This document shows, one piece after another, positions 13,805 through 27,499 of a DNA stretch of 64,000 nucleotides. The translations under genes and the position numbers were made by a program. The notes below the pieces were generated by a model that saw nothing but the letters and a program-made list of their open reading frames with translations, was not told where the DNA came from and did not search any database. Numbering within the stretch: the first letter of the stretch is position 1; every line of letters begins with the position of its first letter. Source of the DNA: Octopus vulgaris (taxonomy: Eukaryota); contig OX597815.1 of the NCBI GenBank assembly GCA_951406725.2, forward strand, positions 29,140,001 to 29,204,000, given 5' to 3'.

Positions 13805-15005
13805 TATATAGAACCTTTTAATTTAAGAGTACAAAAATTATCTCAGTTCAGTTCAGAAAGTATTAAGTCTAATGCGTGTTGATATAATTTCGACCTGTCT
13901 CATGTCTGCCTGTTTGACATCAAGAGATGATAATGAGTTCCAAACGCTAGTCAGTAATGGAGCAAAAATTTTAGAATGAAATTTTATAAAACTGAAATCT
14001 CGGGTTGGCAACTTCTAAAAATTGCTCCGCACAAACAGATGCTTTTGCATGTGTAATTAGGTGCAGAAGTGCAGCTCGCTAATTGATAATTTATTAGGTT
14101 TTTTAAGGCGACGAGCTGGCGGAATGGTTAGCATGCTGGACAAATGTTCGACTTTGCCTTTCATTCTTTCCTGGGTCGATAAAATAAGTACCATTTGAAC
14201 ATTGGGGTCGATGTAATCGACTAGACTCTCCCTCCCTCGGTATTTTAGGACTTGTGCCTTAAGTAGAAACAAATTAGCAATTTGTATCAGTTGACTGTCG
14301 TTGTACTGTGTGTATGGCCAAAATCCAAAACACGTATCTTTTGCCGGCTGAGTCCACTTGATAATAAATAAATACTACAGCTAAACAAGGTACAGGCGTG
14401 TATGCGTCCTTAAGAAACTTTCTTTGCAACCACGTAGTTTCAGATTTAGTCCCACAGCGTAGCAGCTTGGGTAAGTGTCTTCTACAATAGCCCTGCGTAT
14501 GTGATTATGTGTATACGAGCAAAACCCCCCTCCCCGTCCAATGGACGGTGCTGAGTTGTCAAACATTTAAACCGAATTTTCTCAAAACAACTTGTCCGAC
14601 CGTCCCATAGGCCTCCCCTTTGAGAAACACTGATTTAACCTAAATTTGAGTCACCAGCAAAAGACGAATTTCGACTGATGTACTTGCGAGTACAAATGCA
14701 CGTTCCCACGGCTTTATCGATCGCAATAAACAACATTTATTAAACGTTATTACTGTTATTTCTTTATTTCCTGCAAACAAAATGCACAAAAAAGCTGCAC
14801 GTTTGCATTATGTTATATGTACAATAATAATAAAAGACGTTACTGTATACATTTTTACAAACCAAGGACGTTATATAGACCTCCTTGACTAAAGTTAGAG
14901 AAGGGGTGCGTATTATACACAAGGTTTAGTTTTTTTCAAAGGTACAGCCCCCTAAAAATCATACATACATACATACATACATACATACATACATACATAC
15001 ATACA

Positions 15006-15037
<32 letters not shown>

Positions 15038-15288
15038 CGCACACAGAGACGTGTGCATGCAAATGTGTCAGATATATTCGCAAGCATTTAACACCTGACC
15101 ACTGTAAATAACTACAATACTGTAAAATTGAGGAGCAGTTCGTCCTTGTACGATGTTTACTTTAATTATTACTGTGACTATAAAAGAAAGCATTTTAAAG
15201 TGTCTAAATCATCTCCCCTTGCCTAGCTATTGGATCCAGATTCGAAACCAGATTGTAGGCTTTGTGTGTGTATCTGTACGTGTATATG

Positions 15289-15321
<33 letters not shown>

Positions 15322-15769
15322 ACATATGTATGTGTGCGTGCGATGGTGCGAGTGAGTCTGTGTCTGTATGAGAGGGAGAGGGCAGAAATGAGAGTGTATT
15401 CCTCATTAAATTCATCACACCCAAGATGTCCACCACCACAAACGGTTCTCTCTATATTAAGCTATATTCAGATTATATGAAAGCACTGCAAAGTTTTCAA
15501 ATACAGTGCGACTGTAAACCTATAATTTTGTTTTTCTTTATGTCGATTTCGAACAAAATGAACTGATGTAGCTAAAGTCAAAGGATATTCTGATGTACAC
15601 AATGACAGCAGCCGATAACAGTGCGAATCAAAAAGGAAAACTGTTAAAGGGGAATAACTCTTAAAATACAAACTGATTTGAAAGAAAGTTAAAACCTAAG
15701 AGTAGTCGCAATTATTTGATTTTTTTAAAATTTAATTAATGTCTAATAAATATTGTCTAAATATGACAA

Positions 15770-16353
15770 CAATCTGCTGACTCTAGCCATATTATATTAA
15801 TCGTCTGGAAGCCGTTCAGCGACGTGCAACCAAAAGAATACCCTCCATCAGGCATTTGCCATATTCTGAATGCCTTACTTACCTGGGCATGGACACATTG
15901 AAACTCCGACGTCTGGCAGCTGACTTGGCAGACACCCATAAAATTATTAACCATCTTCCTAACAATAACTCTGAGCACCTTTTCAAAGTCCACCTGTCTG
16001 ACACCCGTGGACATGTTTACAAAGTCAGAAAACAGCACAGCTCCCATGACTTTCAGAAACATTTTTTCACGCTAAGAGTTGCTGAAGCATGGAACAAACT
16101 GCCGGCATCAGTTGTTAGTTGTTGGAGCACTGCATCCTTCAAAACTTCCATGCTTCCTGAGATTCGCCAACACTACACCTGATTTTCTCCCCTCCATACA
16201 CACGCAAACATGTATCTGACTCATACACTGTTCACTTTCCAGACATTTGTACATTACTGCATATGCTTTATACGCACTTTTGACAAGTTGTGGTACACCT
16301 GAGCACTGTATACAATAATTTCATCATCATCATCATCATTATTATTATTATTA
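15770..16353 (+). mobile_element. CR1/L2-group LINE 3' fragment
   Basis: LEAVQRRATKRIP…LRRLAADL…TRGH…FFTLRVAEAWNKLP followed by 3' UTR and (ATT)n tail. Confidence 0.85.
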
Positions 16354-16823
16354 AAACCTGCCCCAGAAAATAGCTGTTGAGTTGGTTACAGATCTCTTTT
16401 TATAATTTTCCTGCATTAAAGCTAACACTTAATTGAAATGAAACCATGAATTTTATGCTGTAAGTCTGCTGTTACGGTGAAGTGGGGTACCGTTTAATCA
16501 TATGGAGTATTCGAGAGCAAGTGCTACATTGTCCTTATCTCGGTTTTGTTTTCCTGATTGAAAGTATATCACTTAAGTAATTAATGCCTTTACCAAAAGT
16601 ATAAACGTCACAGCTTTCTGTTTCCCATATCTAAAAATTTAACGTGGATGGAGGACAATAAAAAAAACCCTTTACAGAGATCTAGAAAGGATGGAATAAA
16701 TTTACAGAATTAAGATCTTTACTAGCTGTGTATATCAACAATGACATTGTATTCTGTAGATGAGTATGTCTAATAGTCATACAAGTTTAGTCGAATAAAA
16801 TTTCACTTCACATTAAAGAATTA

Positions 16824-17040
16824 ACTGTTGTGTCTGGGGTGAGTCATTTTCTTTTTGTGCCTTATAATGTAACACACTCACCGATAAAATTTCCACTTAT
16901 TTTTTATTTTTATTTTCCTAAAATTTTCGTTGCAACCTTTTCAATAGTCTTGACACTTGAAAAGGTTGCAAGACGCAACGAAAATTAATGTGTTACATTA
17001 TAAGGCACAAAAAGAAAATGACTCTCCCCAGACACAACAG
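16824..17040. repeat. Fold-back element with a UUGAAAA hammerhead-like core
   Basis: Outer arms about 16824-16877 and 16989-17040; inner arms about 16922-16944 and 16957-16986. Confidence 0.75.
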
Positions 17041-17469
17041 AATATGCTTCAACACACAAACTCATATAAAGAATCTTGCAAACCAAATCCAAAAGCGAAA
17101 AAAAGAATTAACTATTTTGATTATGCAACAGTTTGTATCATTTCCCACATAAATGTAGGGCAGTGAAGATAAATAAATTCAACCAGTGATTTCGAATCGA
17201 CCGTCACACAAAATTCAAAGTCATAGACAACGCGATCATAACAATAAATTTTACTCCATATCGGTATTCACTCACCTAATCAGTAATGTTTCGTTGTTAT
17301 TCTAAAACTAGTTTTAGAGTAATAACTTCAAATTAACGTTTAAATATAGACTAATTGATTTATCCACAATAGGGATAAGTAACCAGAAATTAATATAAAA
17401 CACTGAACAACTTTGATGGGCTGGCTAGATCTTTTTCCCCTTCCTCCTCCTCCTCCTAATAATAATAAC

Positions 17470-17511
<42 letters not shown>

Positions 17512-17515
<4 letters not shown>

Positions 17516-17820
17516 GCACTCAGAGAGCGCAAACCTCCGCCAAGGAAACACCAACGACCTCTCTCAACGATTAGCGAGAGATGATTAAAATGAGAATATC
17601 TGAAAAAAACTAGACTGCTTTCACAAACAAGAATACTAAAAATAAACCCGGTGGCTCTCAAAAATTAAGTAAAAAAATCTAAGCAATTCGTGCCAGTCAC
17701 AAAGCCAAATATCCCTAAAAGTTTCATCCAAATCCATCCGCAGTTCTTGAGATATCTTGTCCACAGACAAACACACACGACTGAAAATAATACCTCCGCC
17801 TTCACTAAGGCGGAGGTAAT
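17512..17820. mobile_element. Helentron-associated (HINE-like) element inside (AAT)n
   Basis: acctccgcc near the start and a terminal hairpin acctccgcc-ttcactaa-ggcggaggt. Confidence 0.5.
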
Positions 17821-19840
17821 AATAATAATAATAATAATAATGAATGGATGGATATTTTTATCTTGGTTTCCAGGGCTCATGATATAAACTCGTTTCCACG
17901 GATTTTGTTGTTTCTCAGGAGGGTCATTCTCACATCCATACAACTACCAATGCTAGAACACTTCTGGTCCCACGGGCGTCCTTCCATTATTTTTGAATAA
18001 ATATTATGGATGGATGGATGGATGGATGGATGGATGCATGCATAACCCCAAAACTAATTACATAGACAAAACCTGAGACTGACAAGTAAAGAAAGTATGT
18101 CATTGAAAAGGTCGCGAATGGCAGTGAAAGGACTTTGACAAGCATATTTGATTGCTTGATTAACCGAATGATTAATCAAACAATTAATTAGTTCATTGAT
18201 TAAACACTTTATCAACTGACAAATAATAAAGGGGTGAAACAGAAGCAGTGCACATGTTTATGATTGGCAAAGTGACCCTCCGAAATACAAAATATTTCTT
18301 GTTTTCTATATTTAATATAATGAAGGAACATCGCTAATAATGATAAAACATCTTCTCCGGGACATTTTCTTTACTTATATATCTCAAAACATATATAAAT
18401 CATAGAACGGTCTTACACATTTTTTACCTTTTCTTTCTAGTGTTCTTAAATAATTTTAAAAATTACAAGTTATGCTTTTTGTCTCTTTTTTAAAGAAACT
18501 AAGTTGTCCCCCTTCGCTGGGAAAGCGATTTAGTGGTGAATTACATTTCGTTTCACTGCTTTCAGAACTCGACCACGGCCAATGACAGATTTTAACTTCA
18601 TTCCTTCCTCGATGAGTAAACACCAGTCGTAGTTTCTAGGTTATTTAATTTGAACATTCTCTTCCTTTCTACAAAACTGTGACCAATTTGACCAAATTAA
18701 CGAAATAACTATCAATAGAGGGGAACAGTGGGTTGTAGAACTATTGGATGGTTGACCAATTTTTGGTTTCACGCCTTTAATTTCTAAGTCTGCTTCTTGT
18801 CGATGTAAGAAATCATTACTATCTGGCAAACTCAGGTATCAAACTCAACAGAATTGTTATCACACTAGACAAAATACTTAACAGCATTTCTTTCAGCTTT
18901 ACGTTCTGAGTTCAAATTCCACTGAGGTCAACTTTGCTTTTCATTCTTTCGGGGTTGATAAAATAGGTACCAGTCAAGTACTGGGATCGACATTATCGAT
19001 TAACCTTCTCCTCTAAAACTGAGGGACTCATGCCAAAATTTGAAACCATTTTGTATCTGACAAACTCAGTCGGGAGTCAAACAAAAATTCCCTGTCCTAT
19101 ATATTCTGACCCTTTGTGTTCCAAGTTCAAATCCCACTGAGGTCGGCTCTGCCTTTCAGAATCAATAGAATAAAGAGTATAGTCATGTACTTGAGTGGTT
19201 TTAATTGACTCTCTCCCTCCCCTTCATTTCTGGTGTTTTGTCTATGTTAGAAACAACTGGTCCAAATATTTCGATTTCGATTTCTGACACAAGGCCAGCA
19301 ATTTCAGGAGAGGAGATAAGTCGATTATATCAACCCCAGTACTCAACTGGTACTTATTTTATCAATCTCGAAAGGGTGAAAGGCAAAGTCAACCTCAGCA
19401 AAATTTAAGCTCAGAATGTAAAAACGGATGAAATGCCACAAAGCAATTAGCCGAGCATGCTAACAATTCTGCCAGCTCACAGCTTTGAGGGGAACGGATA
19501 ACAAACTGTAGAACATGACAAAATACTTTTGTATTTGTTGTTACTTAACCTATATTTGTACCGTTCTTGTATATATATTCTGGAAGAATTCGGTACAATT
19601 CAAAGAATTTTGATCTCAGAATGTACAAGGGAATAACTAAACTAATTTTAATGCAATGTTCTATTTGTTTTGCTCATTTGCTACCATAAAATCTATCAGA
19701 CATGGAAACATAGGAAATCAAGAATTCCAGAGAAACAAATTTTCCCACTGAAGAATAAATTAGATAGGAAATTTCTTTAAATTACTCAGGTTGACCAGTA
19801 CCTTGCAAGTTTTAAAGGGATATATATATATCCCCTCTCC

Positions 19841-19887
<47 letters not shown>

Positions 19888-19956
19888 GGTCCCGGGTTGA
19901 GTCGGGGTTAACCACAGTAAATAAGGTACTCAATACATAGCAGAGTAAAGTAATTT

Positions 19957-20082
19957 ATTTTATAGAAGGAGTTTCTACAGGACTAGAACTGTTTCATTCA
20001 GATGAAATCTTCAGGAAGAGCTTCCTGAAGATTTCATCTGAATGAAACAGTTCTAGTCCTGTAGAAGCTCCTTCTATAAAAT
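19957..20082. repeat. 126-bp palindrome between (TA)n tracts
   Basis: Centred near 20019, 1 arm mismatch; outer inverted ctctccagggata / tatccctggagag at about 19835 and 20104. Confidence 0.9.
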
Positions 20083-20389
20083 ATATATATATATATATAT
20101 ATATATCCCTGGAGAGAAGACGAGAGAAATATGAAGTGATATATATTTGGAAGATCTTGGAGGGTTTAACTCCTAACTACAGGAGGTGCACTAACATGAC
20201 CTCAGCCTTGGACTGAAACACTGAAACCAATAAAAGATTATATATATATTATAATTTAGGGTATCTATGAGATACTGCCATGCTGAAAATAGCACCCAGG
20301 ATCTGACTCTAAAACCACCTTAAGTGTTCATATAGCACAAGGAGAGAAGACAAAAAGACAAAATAAAACTAGTAAAAAATTACTGGATA

Positions 20390-20448
20390 ATTCCAGATCC
20401 CGGATTTCTGACTTTGCATTTAGAAATGCTTTGCCTCATCAGTGGAAT
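20390..20448 (-). ncRNA. Type I hammerhead motif
   Basis: AUUCCA-CUGAUGA-GGC aaa GCAUUU cu AAAUGC aaa GUC a-GAAA-UCCGGGA-UC-UGGAAU; 6-bp stem I; one extra A before GAAA. Confidence 0.65.
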
Positions 20449-20564
20449 ATACACAGACAGTAACATAAATACATATATATATAAATACAACATACGAATA
20501 AGGTTTTTATTTCCATGCTGGCCACTTGTTAAGATTGTTATTTAATTCAAATTAACAATCTTAT

Positions 20565-20599
<35 letters not shown>

Positions 20600-20888
20600 G
20601 AGAGAGAGAGAGAGAGAGTGAGTGTGTGTGTTTGAAGTGATGTACAGATATTGTATGTGTGTGTGTGTGTATGCACATGCACACGCATGCACATACACAC
20701 ACGCAATGCTGGAGATGGTCTGTGTTTTTGACTCAACAGCATTGGTACCAGTATTGGGTCAGAAACAATTCCCAGCAGTATGGCAAACAGAGACTGATAA
20801 AATTACTATCAGAGTGAAATAAATACAGGGGGGTTTATGATCTACGGCCCCAGTCCAAAGAGTGAAACCAGTTTAAGAACAAAGGAGG

Positions 20889-20894
20889 TTTATT
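20889..20894 (-). promoter_or_regulatory. Candidate polyadenylation signal (AATAAA) of RNASEH2A
   Basis: tttatt on + strand about 75 nt past the stop codon. Confidence 0.45.
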
Positions 20895-20969
20895 GAATAC
20901 AAAAGAATTTAATTTTTTGTTTTTTAATAATACTAAGAAAAAAATAGTTTAAAATAAAATGTACATCAG

Positions 20970-21123
20970 CTAGATTTGAGAAACAGAATACAGATTTCTC
21001 TCTGTAAAGAATCTATGCCGTTTATGTTTGAGTCCTTTATCTGCTTTGGAAGAGAAAAATGTAAGCAATGAGGCTGACCCAGCTCCAGGATTTTCCTTGT
21101 CGTCTGCTTCATCATCATCTTCC
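20970..21123 (-). CDS. RNASEH2A: RNase H2 subunit A, last coding exon (8)
   Basis: attag|GGAAGAT...TAG; (W)EDDDEADDKENPGAGSASLLTFFSSKADKGLKHKRHRFFTERNLYSVSQI*; acidic patch and HRFF.ER tail resemble RNASEH2A C-termini. Confidence 0.88.
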
Positions 21124-22649
21124 CTAATGGTGACAAGAATTGAAGAAAATGAAGAAAATATATCATTAATATACAAATACACAAATGCATTGCTAACATT
21201 AACATGGTTTAACCGCCACCGCCACCACCACCACTTAGTGTCCACTATAGCAGAAGAGACTTGCCCAAACTGCCACATTTCTTAACTACACAACAATGCC
21301 TCTGCCTAACCTGTAGGCAGCAAATTGGCAGAATCGTTAGTATCATACAAAATACCGTCCACTATTTATTCTGCCACTTTGCTTTCTGAATTCAAGTCCC
21401 ATCAACATTGATTTTGCCTTCAATTTTCTGGGACTATGGACTGGTAGAGGCATTACACTGTCAGTCGCAATTTGTAATATTTGTTTCAGTTCACTGCATT
21501 CTGAGTTCAAATTCTGTTATGGCCTTTCTTAATCCATTGTTCAGGTTAGGGTTAGGGTTGGCTACCTTTAACAATGTTCACTCTGTTGCAAGCATTTAGA
21601 CCAATTCTTTGGTTTGAGGATACCTTTTACCTTCCTTCCTACTAATTTCAGAAGTCCTGTATAAGGTCATGAGCATTGCTTATCCCTCCTCTTCTCAAAG
21701 AGGGTAACAGAAATAGTAGACCACCAAACTAATTACTTTTCAGTCTTATTTCTTTATTTTTCAACTCAACAGGATAGAAAAAGAAATAATACTTGTTATA
21801 TATCAAGGGGTGGAGACGCAATGGCCCAGTGGTTAGGGTAGCAGACTTGCAGTTGGAGGATCACGGTTTCGATTCCCAGACCTGGCGTTGTGTGTGTTTA
21901 TTGAGCAAAAACACCTAAAGCTCCATGAGACTCCAGCAGGGGGTGGTGGCGACCCCTGTTGTACTCTTTCGCCCCAACTTTCTCTCACTCTTTCTTCCTG
22001 TTTCTTGAGTAACGCTGCGATGGACTGGCGTCCCATCCAGCTGGCGGGAACACATATGCCATAGAAACAGAGAAACCGGGCCTGTGAGCCTGGCTAGGCT
22101 TGAAAAGGGCGCATAGAAAAAAAATAATAAATATATATCAAGAGCAATTCAATAACCTATGCCCTATTATCATCATTTAGTGTCTGTTGTCCATGCTGGA
22201 TTAGGTTACACAGTTTGACTGAAACTGGTAAGATAGAGAGCTGCACCAGGTCCCAGTCTGTTTTGACTTAGTTTCTATGGCTGGATGCCCTTCCTAAAGT
22301 CAACCACTCCACAGAATGTACTAGGTCCTTTTACATATCACCAGCATGGATGCCTCTCACGTGTCACCAACATGGGTGCCTCTCATGTGTCACTGGTACA
22401 GGTGCCTTTGATATGTCACCAGCACAAGCACCTTTTACGTATCATCTCTACAAATGTGTTACTTTGTACCAGTCTGAGAAATCAATGTAAACATGTCTTG
22501 AGTGGTAAGTGCAGCAGAATAAGGAATAAAGTTTCAAAGTTATAATTCCTGGTTGAAACTAGTTCTAATAATCTTAGGAGAGACATGAACATCAAGCAAT
22601 CTCATCTTCCCTGTCCTTGAAGTTAAATAAGATACTGATATCTATATGT

Positions 22650-22681
<32 letters not shown>

Positions 22682-23374
22682 GTCGTTTAACATCCGTTTT
22701 CCGTGCTAGCATGGGTTGGACAGTTCGACCGGGGTCTAGGAAGCCAGGAGGCTCCAATCTGATCTAGCAGTGTTTCTACAGCTGGATGCCCTTCCTAACG
22801 CCAACCACTCTGTGAATGAAGTGGGTGCTTTTTATGTGCCACCAGCACAGATGCCAGGGGAGGCTGGCAGTGGCCACGATCGGTTGGTGCTTTTTACGTG
22901 CCACCGGCACAGAAGCCAGTCAAGGCTGCGCTGGCATCGGCCACGTTCGGATGGTGCTTTTTACGTGCCACCAGCACATGTATCACAACTACAATTTCCA
23001 TTTGATATTTATTTTGATGTTGATGTACTTGACTCAATAGGTCTCCTCAAGCACAGCAGGTCACCCTACAATCCAAGGTAAGCACAGCAGGTCGTTCTGC
23101 AATCCAAGGTACTTTGGATGGGGCTGGGGCTATGCGAAACTGGTGCAGGAAGCAGCCATGAACTCATTATTTGTCAGGTCTTTGCAGTCACAGCATATCT
23201 TCAGAGATCTCGGTCTTTCGTCATTGCCTCTGAATACTAAGAGACAGAAACAAGCAACAAATAGGCCTGTGACCCTTTTCTGTCCAAAATCAATGTATAT
23301 AATATCTAATACCACTTTAAACTGGAAATCTTAGTTAATTCAATCACAATATTAGCATATTTTATGTAAATTAC

Positions 23375-23498
23375 CATTCAACCAGTGCTGCATCTTTATC
23401 CAAAATACTTGATGCTGTAGACCAACTGAAGCGTACAATTTGTGGGAAACCAAACACTTTGTCCATGTGATGTCTTAAAAACTTCTTGGTGAGTGGAT
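23375..23498 (-). CDS. RNASEH2A: RNase H2 subunit A, exon 7 (124 bp)
   Basis: tacag|ATCCAC...GAATG|gtaat; (D)PLTKKFLRHHMDKVFGFPQIVRFSWSTASSILDKDAALVE(W); VFGFP..VRFSW motif. Confidence 0.96.
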
Positions 23499-24001
23499 CT
23501 GTAAAGTAGTTTAGAAGGTCATAAAATATATAGTAAGTGTGTGGTGAACTGGGGCTTTAAAGATATAAAATTGTAATACTAAATATGTAATACAGAAATA
23601 CAGTCATAAAGGTATGTGTTATTGTAATGGTGTGTGATCCTGCAGATGTATATAATGCTGTATTCTGTGTGGTGTCTGACGATACTGTGTGTGTGTGTGC
23701 AATATTGTGGTGGGAGCTACTTAAGATATTGTATAGAAGTAGTGTATGTAAAATTGTACTGCATGAAGATATTGTAAGGTGTGTGATATCATGATGTATG
23801 AAAAATACAACTATGTAGTACTGCAACACTGCTGTATCTAGACATACTGACGGAAGAATTATATAAGTAACTGTATGACTACTGTCACAAACAGATACTA
23901 GAGATACAACAGCAATTTTCCAGACACGGATGGCCCAGAAACTCTTCTAATCCACACTAATTTACAAACAGGAACTTCAAATTCCTGCAGCCACCAGACT
24001 A

Positions 24002-24089
24002 GTAGCCCTGTTTCACAGTATGTTACACAGGTGGCCCTGTTTCACAGTATGTTACATAGGTGGCCCTGTTTCACACTATGTTGCACAGT
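24002..24089. repeat. 29-bp minisatellite x3
   Basis: gtggccctgtttcacagtatgttacacag units. Confidence 0.85.
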
Positions 24090-24175
24090 ACAATATTGAT
24101 AAACTTTAATCACTTGTACTATGGTACAATTATCAGTACAACATTTAAATGTTTAAGAAAATTTAATATTTATTT

Positions 24176-24438
24176 GCAGCGTGGAAGGTGTTTGTAAGCC
24201 ATTTAAGAAACACACAAAAGCCGTTCGATTCACTTCAACAATTAAGTTTAATTTGCCAAAATATTTTCATCGCGGTCTCAAAGCGACGAAAATATTTTGA
24301 CAAATTAAATTTAAATGAAGTGAATCTAACGGTTTTGTGTGTTTCTTAAATGGCTTATAAACACCTTCCACGCTGCAATTGTTTTCGTTCCAGCACACGA
24401 TCTCAGATCAAGTCACTTGCTATGCAAGTACATCTCCG
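24176..24438. mobile_element. Second copy of the same fold-back family
   Basis: Same arms and same unique tail (…gcaagtacatctccg); TAATATTT(A/G)TTT at 24164-24175 and 24439-24450. Confidence 0.85.
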
Positions 24439-25767
24439 TAATATTTGTTTAATTTAGAGGAAACCATTCCTGGTTTGGAAAAATCAGTAATCTAGAAAGG
24501 CTTTGGATCCAAAGATTTCAGAAAATCAATGGTGTTACCTGTAACTGAATTAGCAGTTGCGTGAAGATTGTAAAAGTGTAGTTTTGTGATGTCTGATGAT
24601 AGGCAAGATACTGTAGTATATAAACAGAGAGTAGGATTAATGACATTGTGGTATAATTTGGTGCACTGGACTAGCTCAGAATGAACAATGCATGTAAGGC
24701 TATATTTGAGTAATTTTTTTTACTGAAAACGTTTATGTCACCATTTTACTATCATTTTTAATCATATTATTATCATCTTACAGTCTTTCACACTTTTATC
24801 ATAACATATACACTGCTATCACACGACATGTATTATCTCATTGTCATTGTACTACATACCATAAATATTGTTGCACTGTCAGCAAATCGCACACACATTG
24901 TCACAGACATCATACAATCTCATGGCACACCACAGAAGATGCTACAAATATCAAATCATTACTCTACAGGTACAACCAAAATGCAAAACTGACAAAAACC
25001 AATACACATCGTCATATTCATATTTATTATACACAGTCTCACTAACATTAATTTACACACACATTCTCACTAATATTAATTACATATAAACATACACCAT
25101 CTCACTAACATTACACACATATGTCTCACTAACATTAACCATTTAGCATTTAAACTGACCACATCCAGCCAAAATATTCTACCTGTTTTATGTTCAAACT
25201 GACCAGATGTGGCCTTTCACACCAACTCTACAATATCCTTGTAAAAATTAACAGCTACCTCATCAAAATCTCAAAGCTACAAGATAAGGCATGGCTAATT
25301 AAAACAATGTGAATAAATAAGCATTACTTTTGACAGAATAATGTGAATACTAAAGAGTTGATACATTGAAACACAGCCCCACATTAATACACACACAGAT
25401 CCTCATCAACATAAAATACACACAAAAACACACTGTCTTCTGAATATTATCCTAACCAGTTTAAACATCACATCATATAACGGGAAGCTTTATGAAAATA
25501 AACAAAAGACGAAGGCAGGTGGAATACAAACAAACAATTGTATTAGTATGGCGCTCAGGAATATATAAATAAAACAAGTCTTTTACGTTTCGAGCCTACG
25601 CTCTTCAATAGAAAGATACACAGAAAAGAAACACGGAGAGAAACAAGGAGAGAAAAAAAATGCGTGCAGAACCTAGCGAATCAACATGGCGATCATATTA
25701 TATACATTGTCTCACAGTCAGTTCTAACACACAACCATAATGACATCAATATACAAGCATTGCTTAC

Positions 25768-25855
25768 CATTTGGGTAACCAGAACCACACTCAGCAGCAG
25801 CAACATCAATACCTTCCACAAAATCCCAATCCTTCAGTATTCGATCACGTGCAAC
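25768..25855 (-). CDS. RNASEH2A: RNase H2 subunit A, exon 6 (88 bp)
   Basis: taaag|GTTGCA...AAATG|gtaag; VARDRILKDWDFVEGIDVAAAECGSGYPN(D); VARD and GSGYPND motifs. Confidence 0.95.
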
Positions 25856-27499
25856 CTTTATACAAAGAAAGACAGATATTATATTTCATGGCATATAAGG
25901 TACACTTCCCCTACAAAAAAGAGTCTCCCCAAAAAAATCACCCATGGTCCTATATACAAAACTGCTTTAAATATTAGGTGCTTTAATGCAATAAAAAAAC
26001 CTTTTTCCTGGATATGAACTGCAGGGAGTGAGGTGTGCTTAACCCTTTAGCATTCAGATTACTCTCTCAAATATACCATCATCATCATTTAGCATCCAGT
26101 TTCCATGTTGGCATAAGTTAGACGGTTAGACTGGAACTGGTAAGCCAGAGATCTGTATGTACCAAGTTCCAGTCTGATTTTAGCATGGCTGGATACCCTT
26201 CCTAATGCCAACCACTCCACAGAGTGTACTGGGCATTTTTTATGAATCACCAGCACAGGTGCTTTCACATGTCATCAGCACAAGTGCTTTTACATGTTAC
26301 CAGCATGGGTGCTTTCACATGTCACTGACATGGATGCTTTTATGTGTCACTGGCACCAACCACAACTATAATATCACTTGGCTTAAAAGTACAGAAAATT
26401 GTCAAAGGTCTTGATCACTTGTCAACAGCTTCAGATTTTTTAAAAATTAATCATGTATTATTATCTTGTAGCTTCAAGATTTTGAAAATGCAATTGTTTA
26501 TCAAACTATCAAACGAGACACAAGCTGATGATGTGGTGATAAATATCATTATAAAGACTCTAATAAGATCTAATTTGAACAGACCTATAGAACATAGGTA
26601 CAATCCATAGAAGTGGTACTCCGGATACACCGTACTTCAACCAAATGGAAAGCTAAACTGCAACCTGACATTATCTTGTGTTTAATTGGATTGGTTAATT
26701 GCAAGATTTAGTGTGATAATCTATGCATGCAGAGTGGTAAGGAGTTGTTTAGGCTCAAGTCGACCTTGCTTGAACAGTTCTATGATCAAAGGCGTTCCAG
26801 CTGTGACTGACTGTCCCATTTTTTATTCAGACATAGTGCATCCCACACAACATTACCCAATGTACAATTCCTCATATAAAACAAGACGAATTTTTAAGGG
26901 AAATTTGGCTGCTATTTCGGACAAGCTGAGCGACATCGTAGAGATTCTTTTACTGGCTTGCGAGAGTGATAAGTTGCGGGAATACCAGATTAAACAATTT
27001 AAAGTATTAATATTTAGTTTCGTTCCTTTGAATTTAATGTTCAAGTCAATTTGTAAAGCCAAAAACCATCAAAAGTAATTGTAGAGTTACTTCCCTTGAA
27101 CCAATCCCATGCTTGTTCAATCTGTCTTCAACAACGTACGAGCGACTACAACTGTACTTAATGACAGGCTATTTTTGTAATTATAGAGAGCGAGAAATTT
27201 CGGTGTTACACAGAAGTTACACACTGACCGAAGTGTCGTTGACCTTAGCATCTATGATTTCCCCAAAAATTCTGATTTAGATGGGAATTGGTTATACCCG
27301 TTGTGGTGGTGGTGGTGGTAGTGATGGTGGTGGTGGTGGTGGAGGAGTGGCGGCGGCGGTAATCGTCGTCGTCGTCGTCATGGTGATGCTTGTTATAATA
27401 GTAGTGGTCATTATGACATGGAAACAATATATTGATGATAGCAATGGTGATGAGTTTCAGGAGGAAGAAGAGGATGATTAAAACAATTGACATCATCAT

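Noticed and set aside
21546-21562. TTAGGG telomeric repeats
   Set aside because: Only about two units; not an interstitial telomere array.
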